This document shows positions 1-13,165 of a DNA stretch of 64,000 nt, in pieces. Position 1 is the stretch's first letter. Each line of letters begins with the position of its first letter. The DNA lies in NCBI GenBank assembly GCA_002189035.1, contig NEEC01000016.1, forward strand, positions 248,001 to 312,000. Direction: 5' to 3'. The notes below the pieces were generated by a model that saw nothing but the letters and a program-made list of their open reading frames with translations, did no database searches and was not told the DNA's origin. Source of the stretch: Utricularia gibba (lineage: Eukaryota; Plantae; Magnoliophyta). Position numbers and translations under genes: made by a program.

Positions 1-542
1 TGCAAAAATTGAGTTCTGATATGCTTCCAATTCTTCCCTATTGTACACCTTGTTAGGGCCCTCTTCGCGTTTGCTATAATGGTTCTTGAAACTCTAATGG
101 ATTTTTTTTTTCCGCCGGTTTGGCTTTGCACGTTCAATTTATGCCTCTTAATCTGAGGGTTTGTTATTCAATTTACGGGCGTGAGTTAATTAGTCGGAAC
201 TCAACTGTGTGCCTTGTTACAGCCTTGCACGGCATTGCTGTCTCAAGTTTAACTGTAAAAAAAAGCATCTTGGACAGTTTTAGTGTCAGGATTTATTGGT
301 CTTGTTCGAGATGAGGCTGTACAGGTTGTTACAGATATATGCATAGATGTTTTTGACAGTCGTGATTGTGTTACAGCTTATGTGTTTTGACAGCTTAAAA
401 AATGCATGCCATTTCACACTGCTTGGTTTTGATGTTTGCTTGTTTTTTATATCGCACTTACAATATATTTGATAGGTTAAAAAATGGTTTCCTTGGAAAG
501 CATAGGCATCATTCAATCATACCTCCTTGTCTGGGTTTCGTT

Positions 543-570
543 GGATTCTGAAAATCGGATTCTGAAAATC
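543..570. repeat. 14-bp perfect tandem duplication GGATTCTGAAAATC x2
   Basis: Seen directly at 543-556 and 557-570. Confidence 0.9.
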
Positions 571-783
571 AAAATTCTCTCTTGTTGATGAAGTCCCTGT
601 GTGTGTCGGTGTATTAGAAAGTTGTTTGTAGAAGTGAGGGAATAAGATATGTTTCTAGATATAGATCACTCATCAATGCCTTGTGACGTGGAGTCAGCGT
701 TAATTTGAAACTTTTCGGTGAGCTGCCTTGTTGCTTTTCCTCAGGGGATGCTGTGAATGTAAACTGGAACCAAGTAGTAAAGC

Positions 784-3700
784 ATGGAGGTTCTTTCATG
801 TGCTGATGCTCATCATGCCGGAGAATCTGATGACAAGGTTTCAGAAGCAGCCATGGAACCAGAACAAGTTAGAACAGATATTAATTTTGATGGAATCCCA
901 AATCCGGCTGGAAGCTATCATGAAGTAAAAGAGAATGATAGTTGCGCTGTTTTGGATAATTTCCTCCCCTCAGAAGGCTGCTCTAATGGTGAAACGTTTT
1001 ATGAACTTGAACTTGAAGGTCAGAACCTTTCTTGCTATTCACATGGTTCAGATGACGATTCAGAAAAGGGAAATGACGATCATTTTCATGGTCCTGATTT
1101 TGCATTGGAGAACCCAGATGCAGCAGAGGATACAGCTGAAAGTGAAATGGCTACGAACAGCTCCACTAGAAGCTCATCCCACTCTCAAGCCAACACCATG
1201 GAAACAGATAAACCCCAGGCAGTATGGGTAAAGGTATCTTTTATTATTGTTTTGGGCCAATTTAGTTACCTGTACCATTTGTTGTGAAATCCGATTGCGG
1301 TATCCAGTATGCTATTACAAGTCCATCTAAAATGCTCACTGTCATATCCTAAATCTTTCATCCACAGTGGAGAGGGAAATGGCAGTCAGGGATAAGATGT
1401 GCAAGAGCTGACTGGCCGTTGTCCACTTTGAGAGCAAAACCAACGCATGATAGGAAACAGTATCATGTGATATTCTTTCCCCGAACAAGAAATTACTCAT
1501 GGGCTGATGTTCTCCTGATTTGTCCAATCAACGAATTTCCACACCCCATTGCATACAGTAGTCATGTAATTGGTGCAAAGATGGCGAATGATTTGAGTGT
1601 TGCTCATCGATTTATCACGCAGAAGCTGGCTGTGGGAATGCTCAATATTCTTGACCAATTGAACCGTGAGGTTTGCTCTAGGCCAACCTTATATTGTTGT
1701 TCTTTACTACTTCCTTGGCAATGTGATACAATAATTATGATTGCCATACCAGCTTCCTTTTCATTCAATTTTCATTATGAATAATATCTCATGGGAATAT
1801 CAGGGTTTGGTGGAGACTGCTCGAGATGTGAACATTTTGAAGGGTTTTGCTCGGGAAGCTTCGCATTGTAAAGAGTACAGTGAACTAGGAGGGATGCTTT
1901 TGAAACTTCAAACTGTAAGGATTTATTTTCTATCTTTGATTAGATCCTTTTGTAATTGTAAAGAGCTTTTACCCCACCAACAATGATTAATTTTCTATCT
2001 TCCAAGTGACAGAAGTTTGAGTTCTGAATTCAAGTTTTTTGGCATTTCTTATTGTTTCTGGAGAATAACATGTCTATCAATTTTTATCCCCAGATGATAC
2101 TTCCCAGGTGCCTAAATCTAGGCTGGATTCAAAATTCATTGGAATCCTGGAGGCAACAATGTAAGAATGCAAATACTGCCGAATGCATAGAGCTGTTAAA
2201 AGAGGTAATTGCTCAATGTTAATGAAGGTATATCATTTTGGAAAAATTGATGTGTTTTGATCCTTGTATTTTCAGGAATTAGGTTTGTCTATCTTGTGGA
2301 ATGAGGTGACCATATTGTCAAATGAGGTCACACAAGTGGATCCTGGATCTGATTGGAAGAGTTGGAAACAAGAAGTTATGAAGTGGTTTTCATTTTCACA
2401 TCCCGGGCCTAATGCTGTGGGATCAGAGACAGAGAGCCTATCAAGCAATGAAAATCAGATGTCTAGGAAGAGGCCAAAGCTTGAGGTTCGCCGTGCTGAT
2501 GCACATCCACATGGTTCACTACTGTCCTGTTCAGAAGCAGAGGGGAGTTTTCTTAAGGGGCATGACAATGGAAATACTGTACCATTTCAATCTGGGACGC
2601 CAGTAAAGGAACCTACCCCAGGCTGTTCAGCAGCGGCTGGATGCACTGGCGATGTGCCTGATAAGTGGAATAATTTAGTAGTTGAAGCTGATAATGTGAG
2701 CAAGGATAAGGTAAAAGGTGCAGCGGTGACACCTGGGACTATTGCTAAACTGGGGGTGTTGGAATTTGGAAATCATAATCGACAGTGTGCAGCATTTATT
2801 GAATCAAAAGGACGACAGTGTGTGAGGTTCGCTAATGAAGGAGAAGTTTACTGCTGTGTGCATTTAGCTTCTCGTTCCAGGGAAAATTCAGCAAAATTAG
2901 GAGCAGCTCATCATCATGATTCACCAATGTGTGAAGGTACAACAGTTCTTGGAACAAAATGCAAACACCGAGCCCTGTTTGGTTCTTCTTTCTGCAAGAA
3001 ACATGGACCTCAAGATGAAGCAAATGTGATGCCTTCAGTACATGGGATCAAAAGAAAAATTGAGGATGCTGATTTTAATTCAGATAGTCGAAGTTTCACA
3101 AAGCATGTGATTTCTGGAGAACAATGGAGTCCTTTTGTAGATCGGCCGTTCGGCAGCAAATTAGGCACTGTCCAAGAAAGCAGCATCAGTCAGAAACCCG
3201 AGCAGCAAGGAGTTGGCAACAATGAGACATCTTGCATAGGCTCATTGCCACTGGGTGGTGCAGAAGCTTGCCTTGAGACCCCAATAAGGCATTCATTATA
3301 CTGTGAGAAACATATCCCCAACTGGCTTAAACGTGCGAGAAATGGAAAAAGTAGAATCATCTCCAAGGAGGTTTTTCTAGATCTTCTGGGGAAATGTCAC
3401 TCAAGGGATCAAAAATTGCAGTTGCACCAAGCATGTGAACTCTTTTACGGACTGTTCAAGAGTATTCTATCTTTACGAAATCCTGTTCCCAAGGAAGTGC
3501 AGTTTCAGTGGGCAATTGCTGAGGCTTCCAAAGACCAAAGAACTGGGCATTTTTTAATGGAACTGGTGTCTCAAGAGAAGGAGAGGCTGAAAATGTTATG
3601 GGGCTTTGGTGATGATCAGAACTCACTTGCCCAATCAGCCATCGAGGAATTTCCAGCTTTGTTGCACACTCGTGATGATAATGAACCCGCAGATGTCATT

Positions 3701-6268
3701 AAATGTAAAATTTGCGCTGAGACGTTTCCAGATGACCAGGTGCTTGGGGCGCACTGGATGGACAGCCATAAGAAAGAAGCACAGTGGCTTTTTAGGGGCT
3801 ATGTCTGTGCAATATGCCTTGATTCTTTTACGAATAAGAAAGTCTTAGAGTCACATGTCCAGCAAAGGCATCATGTGGATTTTGTTGAGCATTGCATGCT
3901 TTTACAGTGCATTCCGTGTGGCAGCCATTTTGGGCATTCAGAAGAGTTATGGTTACATGTTCTTTCAGTTCATCCATGTGATTTAAGATTGCCCAACGAT
4001 GCTAAGCAGCAAGGTGATGGTTCCTGGAAGAAAGCAGAACCAACCGATCAACCTTCTCTAGAACAAATGAAATCTGAGAATCAGTCTGTTAATCGGAGAT
4101 TTGTCTGCAGATTTTGTGGATTAAAATTTGATTTGCTTCCTGATCTTGGCCGACATCATCAAGCTGCCCATATGGGCGAAGGTGCCGCTGGTCTTCGTAT
4201 GATGAAGAAAGGCACAGATTTTTATGCGCAGAAATTGAAATCTGGTAGGCTGAATCATTCCACGTTTCAAAAGTCATTGAATTCAGCATCTTATAGGATC
4301 AGAAATAGAAGTATGCAAAATTTGAATAAAAGAATTCAGGAATCAGCTTCTGTTGGCCCCGTGGACATCCCCATTAGATCTGCCTCACGAGATGCTTCTG
4401 CTCTTGGCAGTTTAGCAGATTCTCAGTGCTCAGATGTTGCAAAAGTGTTGATATCAGAAATTAAGAAAACTAAACCAAGGCCTAGCAATTCGGAGTTGTT
4501 GGAAATTGCAAGCTCAGCTTGCTGTAGGATACCCTTGCAGACATCTTTGGAAGCAAAATACGGCACACTGCCTGAAAAGGTGTATCTGAGAGCTGCCAAG
4601 CTGTGCAGTGAAAATGGTGTTTCCGTTGTTTGGCATCAAGAAAATTTTGTATGTCCTAAAGGGTGCCAAGCAGCCATAAGACCTCTGGTATTGTCAACAG
4701 TCACGAACTCATCAGGCAACAGACCTAAGCTGGGAGCTTGCAGTCCATCACATCCCACGGCTTCAGACTGGACAATGGATGAATGTCACTGTGTGATTGA
4801 TTCCCAGCATTTTTCCACTGATCTCTTGGAGAAAAATATCATTTTATGTGATGACATAAGTTTTGGTCAAGAGTCGGTTCCCGTAGCTTGTGTGGTAGAC
4901 GAAAATCTTCTGAATGCGGAGGGGTCTGATGGGCATATGATGGATCATTCTTTTCCATGGGAAAGCTTCACATATGCCACGAAGTCAATGTTGCATCATT
5001 CCCTTTTTGTTGAATCAGAGGTATGTAATGCCATAACAGTACTTTCATTCAAAATGTTGGTGTATATTTGCATTCATTTCATTCATACTGAATGCTCCCA
5101 AATGATGATGTTCAGGCTCTGCAGCTGGGATGCAATTGTAAGACAGCAGCATGCTCTCCTCGGACATGCGATCATGTGTATCTTCTTGAGAATGATTATG
5201 ATGATGCAAAGGATATTTATGGATACCCTATGCAAGGGAGGTTCCCATACGATGAAAGAGGTCGGATCATACTAGAGGTAATATACAGTTGTGTTCATTA
5301 TCATGTGATTCATATGAAAGCTGAAATCTCACTGGATTTCTGTTTTTTGCGAGTCACCAGGAAGGCTATTTAGTTTACGAGTGCAATCAGAGATGCTGTT
5401 GCAGCCAAGATTGCCAAAACCGAGTTTTGCAGAATGGACTGCGGGTGAAACTGGAAGTATTTAAAACCGAAAGAAAGGTAGAACTTAAATATGCCTATAC
5501 TTTACATGCAGAACTTCGTGGGAGCTGTATAGAACAACTAAAATCATCATCATGTGCCCATTTCCTTTTGGTTGATTTCTTCAGGGTTGGGCAGTACGAG
5601 CACGAGAAGCCATTTGTCGAGGCACGTTTGTGTGTGAATACATCGGAGAGGTCATAGATGAAGAGGAAACAAATGAAAGACGGAAGAGGTACATAATGTT
5701 TGTCATTCCCAGATTGTTGATGCTGAACCATGTGTGTCGTTTCAAATACCTTTTATACTTCAGATATGGAGAAGAAGGTTGCAGATACTTTTTTGAGATA
5801 GATGCTCGAGTCAATGACATTAGTAGGTTGATAGACGGGCAGGCTCCTTATGTAATTGATGCAACGAATTATGGAAACGTTTCTCGTTACATCAACCATA
5901 GGTGAGTAGTGGAGATGGCTGCCTCCCCAGAAAGTTTTCTCATGGCATTACAGTTTTGATACCTGATTCTTCTTTGTAAGCAGCTGCTCCCCGAATCTCG
6001 TGAACCATCAAGTTCTCGTAGAAAGCATGGAAAGTCAGCTGACGCACATTGGCTTCTTTGCCAACCGAGATGTAGGCATTCTGCATTCTGCATTCTGCAG
6101 TTTTCTTTTTCTTTTGTTTCTCCTTACAGACACCTGTGCTTATTGTTCATTCCGTGAGCAGATATCAGTTGGGAGGAATTGACATATGATTTTCATTACA
6201 AGATGCTACCAGGAGAAGGCTGTCCCTGCCTGTGTGGATCATCAAACTGCCGGGGAAGACTTCACTAA
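784..6268 (+). CDS. SUVR5: Histone-lysine N-methyltransferase SUVR5 (C2H2 zinc fingers, pre-SET/SET/post-SET); apparent 1-bp frameshift in last exon
   Basis: 11 GT-AG exons read by eye: 784-1233, 1368-1670, 1804-1914, 2094-2204, 2276-5020, 5116-5277, 5361-5477, 5585-5688, 5764-5901, 5984-6071, 6162-6268. Motifs WRGKWQSGIRC, three C2H2 fingers (CKIC..H, CAIC..H, CRFC..H), GWAVRA, NVSRYINHSCSPN, post-SET CLCGSSNCRG. Phases are consistent except at 6171-6173. Confidence 0.95.
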
Positions 6269-7703
6269 TTCTTCGATCGCCTGTGTATTTGCGAAGGGAG
6301 TTTGTTTGTGATACCATCTTCTTGTAGTGTGGTTCGGTTACATATGCTCAAGGCAAGGAAGGTACAAAGGCCATGTTTTTGGAATGAGAAAAGATGCCCA
6401 TCATGTTGTTTAAGAGGGACAATCTTCAAAACTAGCATCAGAGCGTCTTCCGTGCTGAAGTAATGGGGAATACTGGATCCCAGAAAGTAGATTTAAAAGT
6501 AGAGATGAACTTGGTACAAGATATGGCCGGCCCCCTATGTGAAAATATACCCGGAATTGCTTTGCTTCTCTTTAACTTTCGCTTTCTCGGACAGCGGGGC
6601 AATGCACTTGTTGACTGGAATAATCCAATAGGATACATACGAACAGAATAATGTGAAGAAGAAGACTCCAATGGAATATTTGAGACAAGTGGGCAGCGAC
6701 TTGTTTGAATTTTGATTATCCCTCTGCATAGCTTGTCCAGCCATGGGGGGTACTGGTTGGCTTGTGAGAAATTTGTCCAGAAATACAGTCCCAAAACGTA
6801 ACATGGACGACTGTCTTCAGGGATGAATCAAATCAAAAGCAGACGAAGGAAGATTCTCTTCTCGCTTATCATCAAGACCCCACTGCAAAGTGCGCCCATT
6901 TTGATTAAATATAAAGAAAGAAAGCCAGCAGCACTCTGCAAGTCTGTGGTGGTGGTGGTGGTGGCCCAGCACATTTTCACGCCTTGTTTCTCTTTAACTC
7001 GAAGCTTTGGCCTCGGTGGTTGTTGAAATGATCACATACCTCTGAGACCCACAAGCCATCCTGGAACGCTGTGTGTGTAGTGGAAGCAGACAAACTGTCC
7101 AATTTGAATGCTTTGCTTTATCACTTTCGTTCAAACATAGCACGGGGGTGGGTGGGAACATGGGTTCATCTCCATTCTGTAGTTCTGGCTCGGGATTTAT
7201 CATTTCTCAAAGGAAATTTTGAATCCATCACCAGTGGTCTCTTTGATGATGTTTGTCAAATCGCTTTCTGGGTTTTGTGCAAACTGCAAAAACTAGAGGG
7301 GAATTGCTCCTGTAAACTTTCTCAGTTTGTTGTTTAGCTTTTGTTTTGTTGTTTGTGCTGAATAATTCCTCAAAAATGGGCTCTTTTTCTTTTTTGCATC
7401 GCTCCCTCGCTTTCATCTGGTAGAGCTTTGTCCAACTGACTCACTTCATTGGTAAATACGCTGAATTCTAGTTAGATATCGCGGTTACTCTTCCTCTGTT
7501 TTGAAAACTGAACTTTGTTCAAGTTTTCGTGGGTTTTTTCAGTTTCTTGATTTTCTGTAAGTAAAATGCTGAATTTCTTCTGCTGCAGCTAGGATTGCTC
7601 CCATCTTCAAGCTATTGTACAGAAGACGGTTGAAACAAAATACTTTCTGCGTATTAAGGCAATGCTGATGAATTAATTTGTGTTGGAGATCTTGAAAACA
7701 GAC

Positions 7704-9469
7704 ATGGATGAGATTAGAATCAGAAGATTGGAGCAGGGACAGACAAAGATAAGAAATGTTCCAATCGCTGTTACCCCAGAAGGATTTTGGTGTTGCCCTT
7801 CGCCGGTTGTGTTTCAGAAGACACTCAAGTCTCAAACCCCAGTTCTTAGCAAGCTCAAGTCATCAACCCCTCCTCAACCAACTTCAGTTCCCAGAAAGCC
7901 TGCTGTAGAGACCGAAAAGAAGACAGGGACATCATCCTCGAGGTCTGCTGCACCGAGTGAAGATGCGTCTCGTTCAAAGCATGAAAATGCTCCTAGAAAG
8001 GTGACTATTGAGTTTGGGGAACCTGGAACCAGCGATCTGAAAGTGGTGCTGCTTGGACAGCAGGGTGTTTCGGTGAAACTGAATGTCCACAGTAGTGTTC
8101 TAGTGAAAAACAGCAGCTATTTTGCCAAGGAAATGGAGGAACAACAGCAGAAAGCTATCTCTTTGATCGAATTAGAGTGTATAGAGGATGTTGAGATGTG
8201 TGTTGAAACCATTGGATTGATGTACTGCAAGGACATACGACACCGGTTGATGAAGCAAAGCGTTTTGAGCGTATTGTCGATACTCAAGGTAAACAAACAA
8301 ACAACCAAAAGCTCATTTCCTTTTTTCTGTTTCCAATGGCCTCTAGATAGCATAACGCCATGCTGTTTTGGTAATGTTATGAGCATAGAGGGAGCATTCC
8401 ATCTGCTTTTCAACACAATAAACTCAAGTAGTTTGGTGGTTTTAATGCAAAACAGATTGCTGAAAAGCTTGGATTCACAACATGTATTGACACATGCTTG
8501 GAGTACTTAGAAGCAGTACCTTGGGTTGGGGAGGAGGAAGAGTCGAAGGTGGTTACTTCGGTAATGCATCTCCTAGGCGAAAACAATGCTGTGAAGCCGG
8601 TACTGAAACGTGTGTCGTCTGAAGCATCTATTCAACCTAAAGACACCCTTTCACAGATCCTGGAACTGGTGCTCAAAAGCAATGAAGAGAAAGGGAGGCG
8701 CGAGATGAAGGCAGTTGTGCTCAAGCTCCTGCGGGAAAACGAGAGCTCGTCATCTGAATTGTGTGATGAAAAGATTTACTCTTCATGCAGAAGCTCTCTT
8801 GAATCATTACTGAGTTTGTTCAGAGAAGCCGCTGATGCTGATTTCAGTGATAAACCACCAGACTTGAGGGAATCACTTGCCAAAAATATGGCCTTTGAGG
8901 CAGATAATCTGTCATGGCTACTGGATATCTTGGCCCTTAGACGATCAGCTGATGAATTTGCAGTTATATGGTCAGTCCAGCAAGAACTCGCGGCGCTTCA
9001 CATCGAACTTCCGGTTGTCTATCGCCATCACATAAGCTTGATCACAGCGAGACTGTTTGTGGGAATTGGAAGAGGTGAGATTCTTCCACCGAAGGAGACA
9101 CGCATCTTGCTGCTCAAAACATGGCTGCAGCAGCTGATCAGTGACTACAGATGGCTGCAGAACACCTGCAGATCGTTTGACAGGGCCGTAGTGGAGGAGG
9201 GCATTGGGAGAACCATCCTCACTCTGCCGTTGGAGGAGCAGCAGAGCATTCTGCTCTCTTGGATGGGGAGTTTCCTCAAGACAGGCGACAACTGCCCCAA
9301 TCTTCGTAAGGCTTTCGAGGTATGGTGGAGACGAACATTTGCTCGGCCGCATGCGGCGGAGGCGGCAGCCCTGGTGAAGCAAGACATGATCAGTGGAAGA
9401 AGAGCAGCAAGCACAAGCCTTTCTTCTGTGGACCAAGTGCTAGAGACATCCCAACAACAAAGCTCCTAG
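7704..9469 (+). CDS. BTB/POZ domain-containing protein (At3g50780-like family)
   Basis: Exons 7704-8288 and 8456-9469. N-terminal RNVPIAVTPEGFWCCP, BTB region (SDLKVVL...LNVHSSVL...SSYFA), C-terminal GRTILTLPLEEQQ...NCPNLRKAFEVWWRR typical of this family. Confidence 0.9.
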
Positions 9470-10402
9470 TCTTATGCTCTTCTCCTTCTCTCTTTGTCAT
9501 CTTCTTATGCTTAAATCTCTGTAGGTGTAATGCATCAGTCTTTCTTGTGACCTACTAATACGTAAATGGATCAATCAAGAGCTTTTCCATTAAAATTTGG
9601 TGATATCATGCAGAATTGGGCTTCGGTTCGTACCCGATGGGTTTGGATCCCAGCGCAGCCACACCCAATGACTCCATCTATCAGGACCCCGGACCCAAAT
9701 ACTTCAACCACCCAGATGGGTAGATCCTATGGACCCCATGATGAGATCCCTATGTTTACCCCCAGTCGTCAGTCTGGTTGTTGATGGAAAAATTTCGGTG
9801 GGTTGGATCAAAAAGTTGAAACTTTTGGGAGATTACTAGAAGTTTTTATCGAAATCATGTTTGTTTTAGGATCACTACTCATTAGTATTTTTTTCACCTG
9901 CTTTCATGCTTTCCAAAAATTAGTTGGTTGATACTTTTACAAAAGCTTTGGATACGTTACTATTTCATTCTTTTCTGTTGTTGGCAAGCTTGGGTTGCAT
10001 CCTTAGTCAGACCACCTTGAGGTAGGGGGTGAAGATGATCGGTACGGATAGACACAGGTTCAGGCGAACTACAGGTGCAAAAGATTGAAGATGTCATACT
10101 TTTCTGTTCGCTGTTGCTCCTTTACCTTTATAGTCATTGCTGTAATACGTTTTGGACTCAAGAGGAACAAAAGATGGTACCCTTTGGTGATTGAAATGTA
10201 GTGACATTGTGCCAGGAAAAACATGTTACAACAATTTCTAGATCACTCTCCAATTCTCTACGCTTCAGTGATGCGTATATGCAAAATAACAAGGAAAACC
10301 AGCAACCCAGGCAAGCAAATGAATGAATGGCTGTTGTCCCTGGAACAGTGGTGTTTCATGGTGTTACCTTGAGCTAGAGGGATGAACCAAGATGTGATCT
10401 TT

Positions 10403-12723
10403 TCAGTAACCGTATCTTGAGAAGCGAGTCGAGAGAGAGGGGCTCATTCCAGGGTCACAGCCTGGAGGCAGTTCCTCATCCAAGTCCCTGTGCCATCTTC
10501 TATCCGAGTAATGCCTTCTATTCATGTTCCCAGATGAAGACCTGTCATAGTGATCCGGCTCCCAACGCGATCTTGGCTCCTGATGGTGGTTAGCAGCAAT
10601 GTCACCACGCCAATGTGCTTCTGAATAACTCCGTCGCGAATGGCTGCTTTCGTTCGAGTTGTCATTCCTGTGGTGAGAGCTAGGCGCCCAAAGCCTTTGA
10701 TCGGCATCTTCTGGGATGGGAGCATTCACCCCAGGAAACTCGACCATCATTTTCTTGGAAGGCTTAGGCGTCGTAAACTCATCAAGGATTTCCCCTTCCT
10801 CTTCAGCTTCTTCCTTGTCTTTCTCTTCATCAAAAATTGTAATGCCTGAAGGCTGACCCTCCTCATCTTGATCTAAGGAAACACATTGAAATAAATTCAT
10901 TAAGGTGACATAAGCCTGCCGGCTGTATTAGAATCACAAAAGCAAAATAACAACATAAATCCTCAGTTTAATCTGCCGTCAGTAAATTTTGAGTGCAAGG
11001 TTCTTAGTGCTTACCTAAATAGCCTGGGGGGTATCCTATTTCCCGCATTCTGTTTAGCCATGGAGGTGGATCAAGCTCCTATAAACAATTGACATTCCAG
11101 AGTTAATTCTGGTGTATAAAGCACACACAGACTTCAGGGTAAGTTCTTCTCCTACCCCAAGACCCAAAGCCTTTCTTGTTTCAGCATCAAGGGCACCTGG
11201 CCTTAAGCCGTCATATTTTCCCTTGTGAGAAGTTTGATAATATCGAGTTGAATTAACAGAACTTCTGTTTTGACTTCGTTTGGACTTATGCATTTTCCGA
11301 GCATTGTTGACAGCAGTGTTATCCCTTGGTCTAGGGCAATCTTTCAGAGCATGACTGTAGGAACCGCAATTGAAGCAGCGGAAACTATCCAAATTCTGGA
11401 GCCCGCTGAAAACAAGGTAGCAAGTGAGTCTCAAAAAAAAAAAAAAAAAGGATAATAGCACATGAATTTCTCAGCAACTCATGTGTTAACAAACATTTTA
11501 GCTCCTTATCTTGATCGTACAGAAAGTTCTAATGACTTAAGGATGGAAGTTAAAAGTGGAGCAAAGCATCAATAACTAGGAAAAATACCCATCCAAGCTA
11601 CCGGACCCATCAGTTGAAGCCAAAGCTGAGGAATATCCACGGTCATATAGAGGAACAGAGCCAGCATCAAGTGGCATTACATCATTGCTTGATTGTGTCT
11701 TTACTTTGTCATCCACCCAAAAGGCCTAGACCACAACCAACATTACCACAATGAAAGTGCAACATGAGAAACCTGGAGGATAGTGTGCGAGTGGAACCAG
11801 AAGATGGTATTCACGGCCAAATTAAGTGCAGATAGAACTAGAAGACGGAAAGGCAAATTATACCACTGCACAGGGCTTATCCATGCCAACACGAAGAGCA
11901 GGATAATGTGTTTCTTCACCAGACTCAAGCAACGGATTCTCCTCCTGAGTTGATTCCGTAAACATGTGCAGTTGATAGTAAGACACTCCAAAAATGCATA
12001 ACTAAACAACACACAATCAAAGCAACATGTGTGAGAGGTTGAGTATTATCCGGTGAAAATAAGCTTACATCAGATGATGGGAAGTTCTGAGAATGCCACT
12101 GCGACCACTGCTGCAACAATTCTCTAAGTCTTTTTATACTGTCCCTGATATAACGGACGACTTTCAAGAGGCCAATGCCAAGTAAAGAAACTGTGCATTA
12201 ATAAGGCATACCTAGGTAACGAGTTAAAAATCACATGCACTGATGGCTGTTTCTCATCAACACTTAGTCGCTGTCTTTTAACACCAGATAGAGCTAAACG
12301 GTCAAGGAAGAAGACAATCCAAAAAGCTACTCACAGAAATTGTAACCCTGACATTCATCCCATTTGACGTAACAAGTTAACTGAATCTCCACACGGATGG
12401 AAATGGACAGTTGGAAACCCAGTACATGGAAGATTAGCATTCCGCTTATATTAACTCATAAAAACGTGGAAAAGGATACACAAATCATCGATCTCCCTTT
12501 TACCTAAAAGAGACTCCTTTTCCTTGTGATTGCTAAAACTTCCTCCTTGGACATCAAGGCATGCACTTTTATCATCCCCAGACCCCTCTGGAGGCGGAGT
12601 AGGGCCGCCATCAGCAGCATCGTTTTCAGAACCAGTCACAAAGGTCTCCGTTTGTTCACCTAAGCCTTCGGATGCGGAGCCAGAAGGCAGCTCATGTATC
12701 CTATCCTCTATCTCAGTGTCCAT
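10403..12723 (-). CDS. ZCCHC8: Zinc knuckle (CCHC) / PSP-domain protein, ZCCHC8-like (NEXT complex component)
   Basis: About 8 exons: MDTEIEDRIHEL..., SGVKRQR..QPSVHVIFNSL, LLQQWSQWH, VPLYDRGY, zinc knuckle RCFNCGSYSHALKDC, PSP motif ELDPPPWLNRMREIGYPPGYL, last exon ending RYGY*. The 5' exon structure is less certain. Confidence 0.88.
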
Positions 12724-13128
12724 AGAATTGAAATACCAAGGAAAAGAGGATTCAACAAAATCTGCAGCACAAGAAAGCAGAACAAAATGAAGAGTTTTAA
12801 AATCGCCTTCACATTCAAAATCTTCACATGCAGTTGCGGATCAAATTAAGCACTTGGAAAAATCCAAACTTCGCATCGCGAATTCAGTTTCCTCACAACA
12901 ACAAACAACCAAGGGATTGCATAATTGAAAAGAAACGAAGTAGGAGAAATTAGGGCTTTCCAATTTACCGACAAACGCGACCTATGAACTCCGAAACTCC
13001 AAGAGCTAAAATATCATTCACCAAAGCTGAGGCGCTAAGCTTTTGAAATCTCCGGCGGTCAGGTATTCACTGCTAGGAATCCGCATCTTTCCGGCTAGCA
13101 GCATTCCGATTGTTGTTAAATTGTCGTC

Positions 13129-13165
13129 ATTATTATATTATTATTGTTATTATTATTATTATTAT
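13129..13165. repeat. Imperfect (TAT)n microsatellite in the ZCCHC8/GGB divergent promoter
   Basis: attattatattattattgttattattattattattat seen directly. Confidence 0.85.

Noticed and set aside
6129-6168. Alternative acceptors to rescue the SUVR5 last-exon frame
   Set aside because: AG sites at 6129, 6158, 6161 and 6168 all give the wrong phase after the phase-0 donor at 6072.
8972-9436. Long antisense ORFs over real genes (e.g. 8972-9436, 17820-18203, 19617-20048, 40308-40757, 63265-63819)
   Set aside because: These are shadow ORFs on the opposite strand of coding exons with no independent homology.
12335-12380. 46-nt poison-exon candidate in ZCCHC8 intron 1 (CAG acceptor, GTGAGT donor, in-frame TGA)
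   Set aside because: The downstream intron would be only 41 nt (12294-12334), too short to splice. Exon 1 joins the next exon in phase without it.
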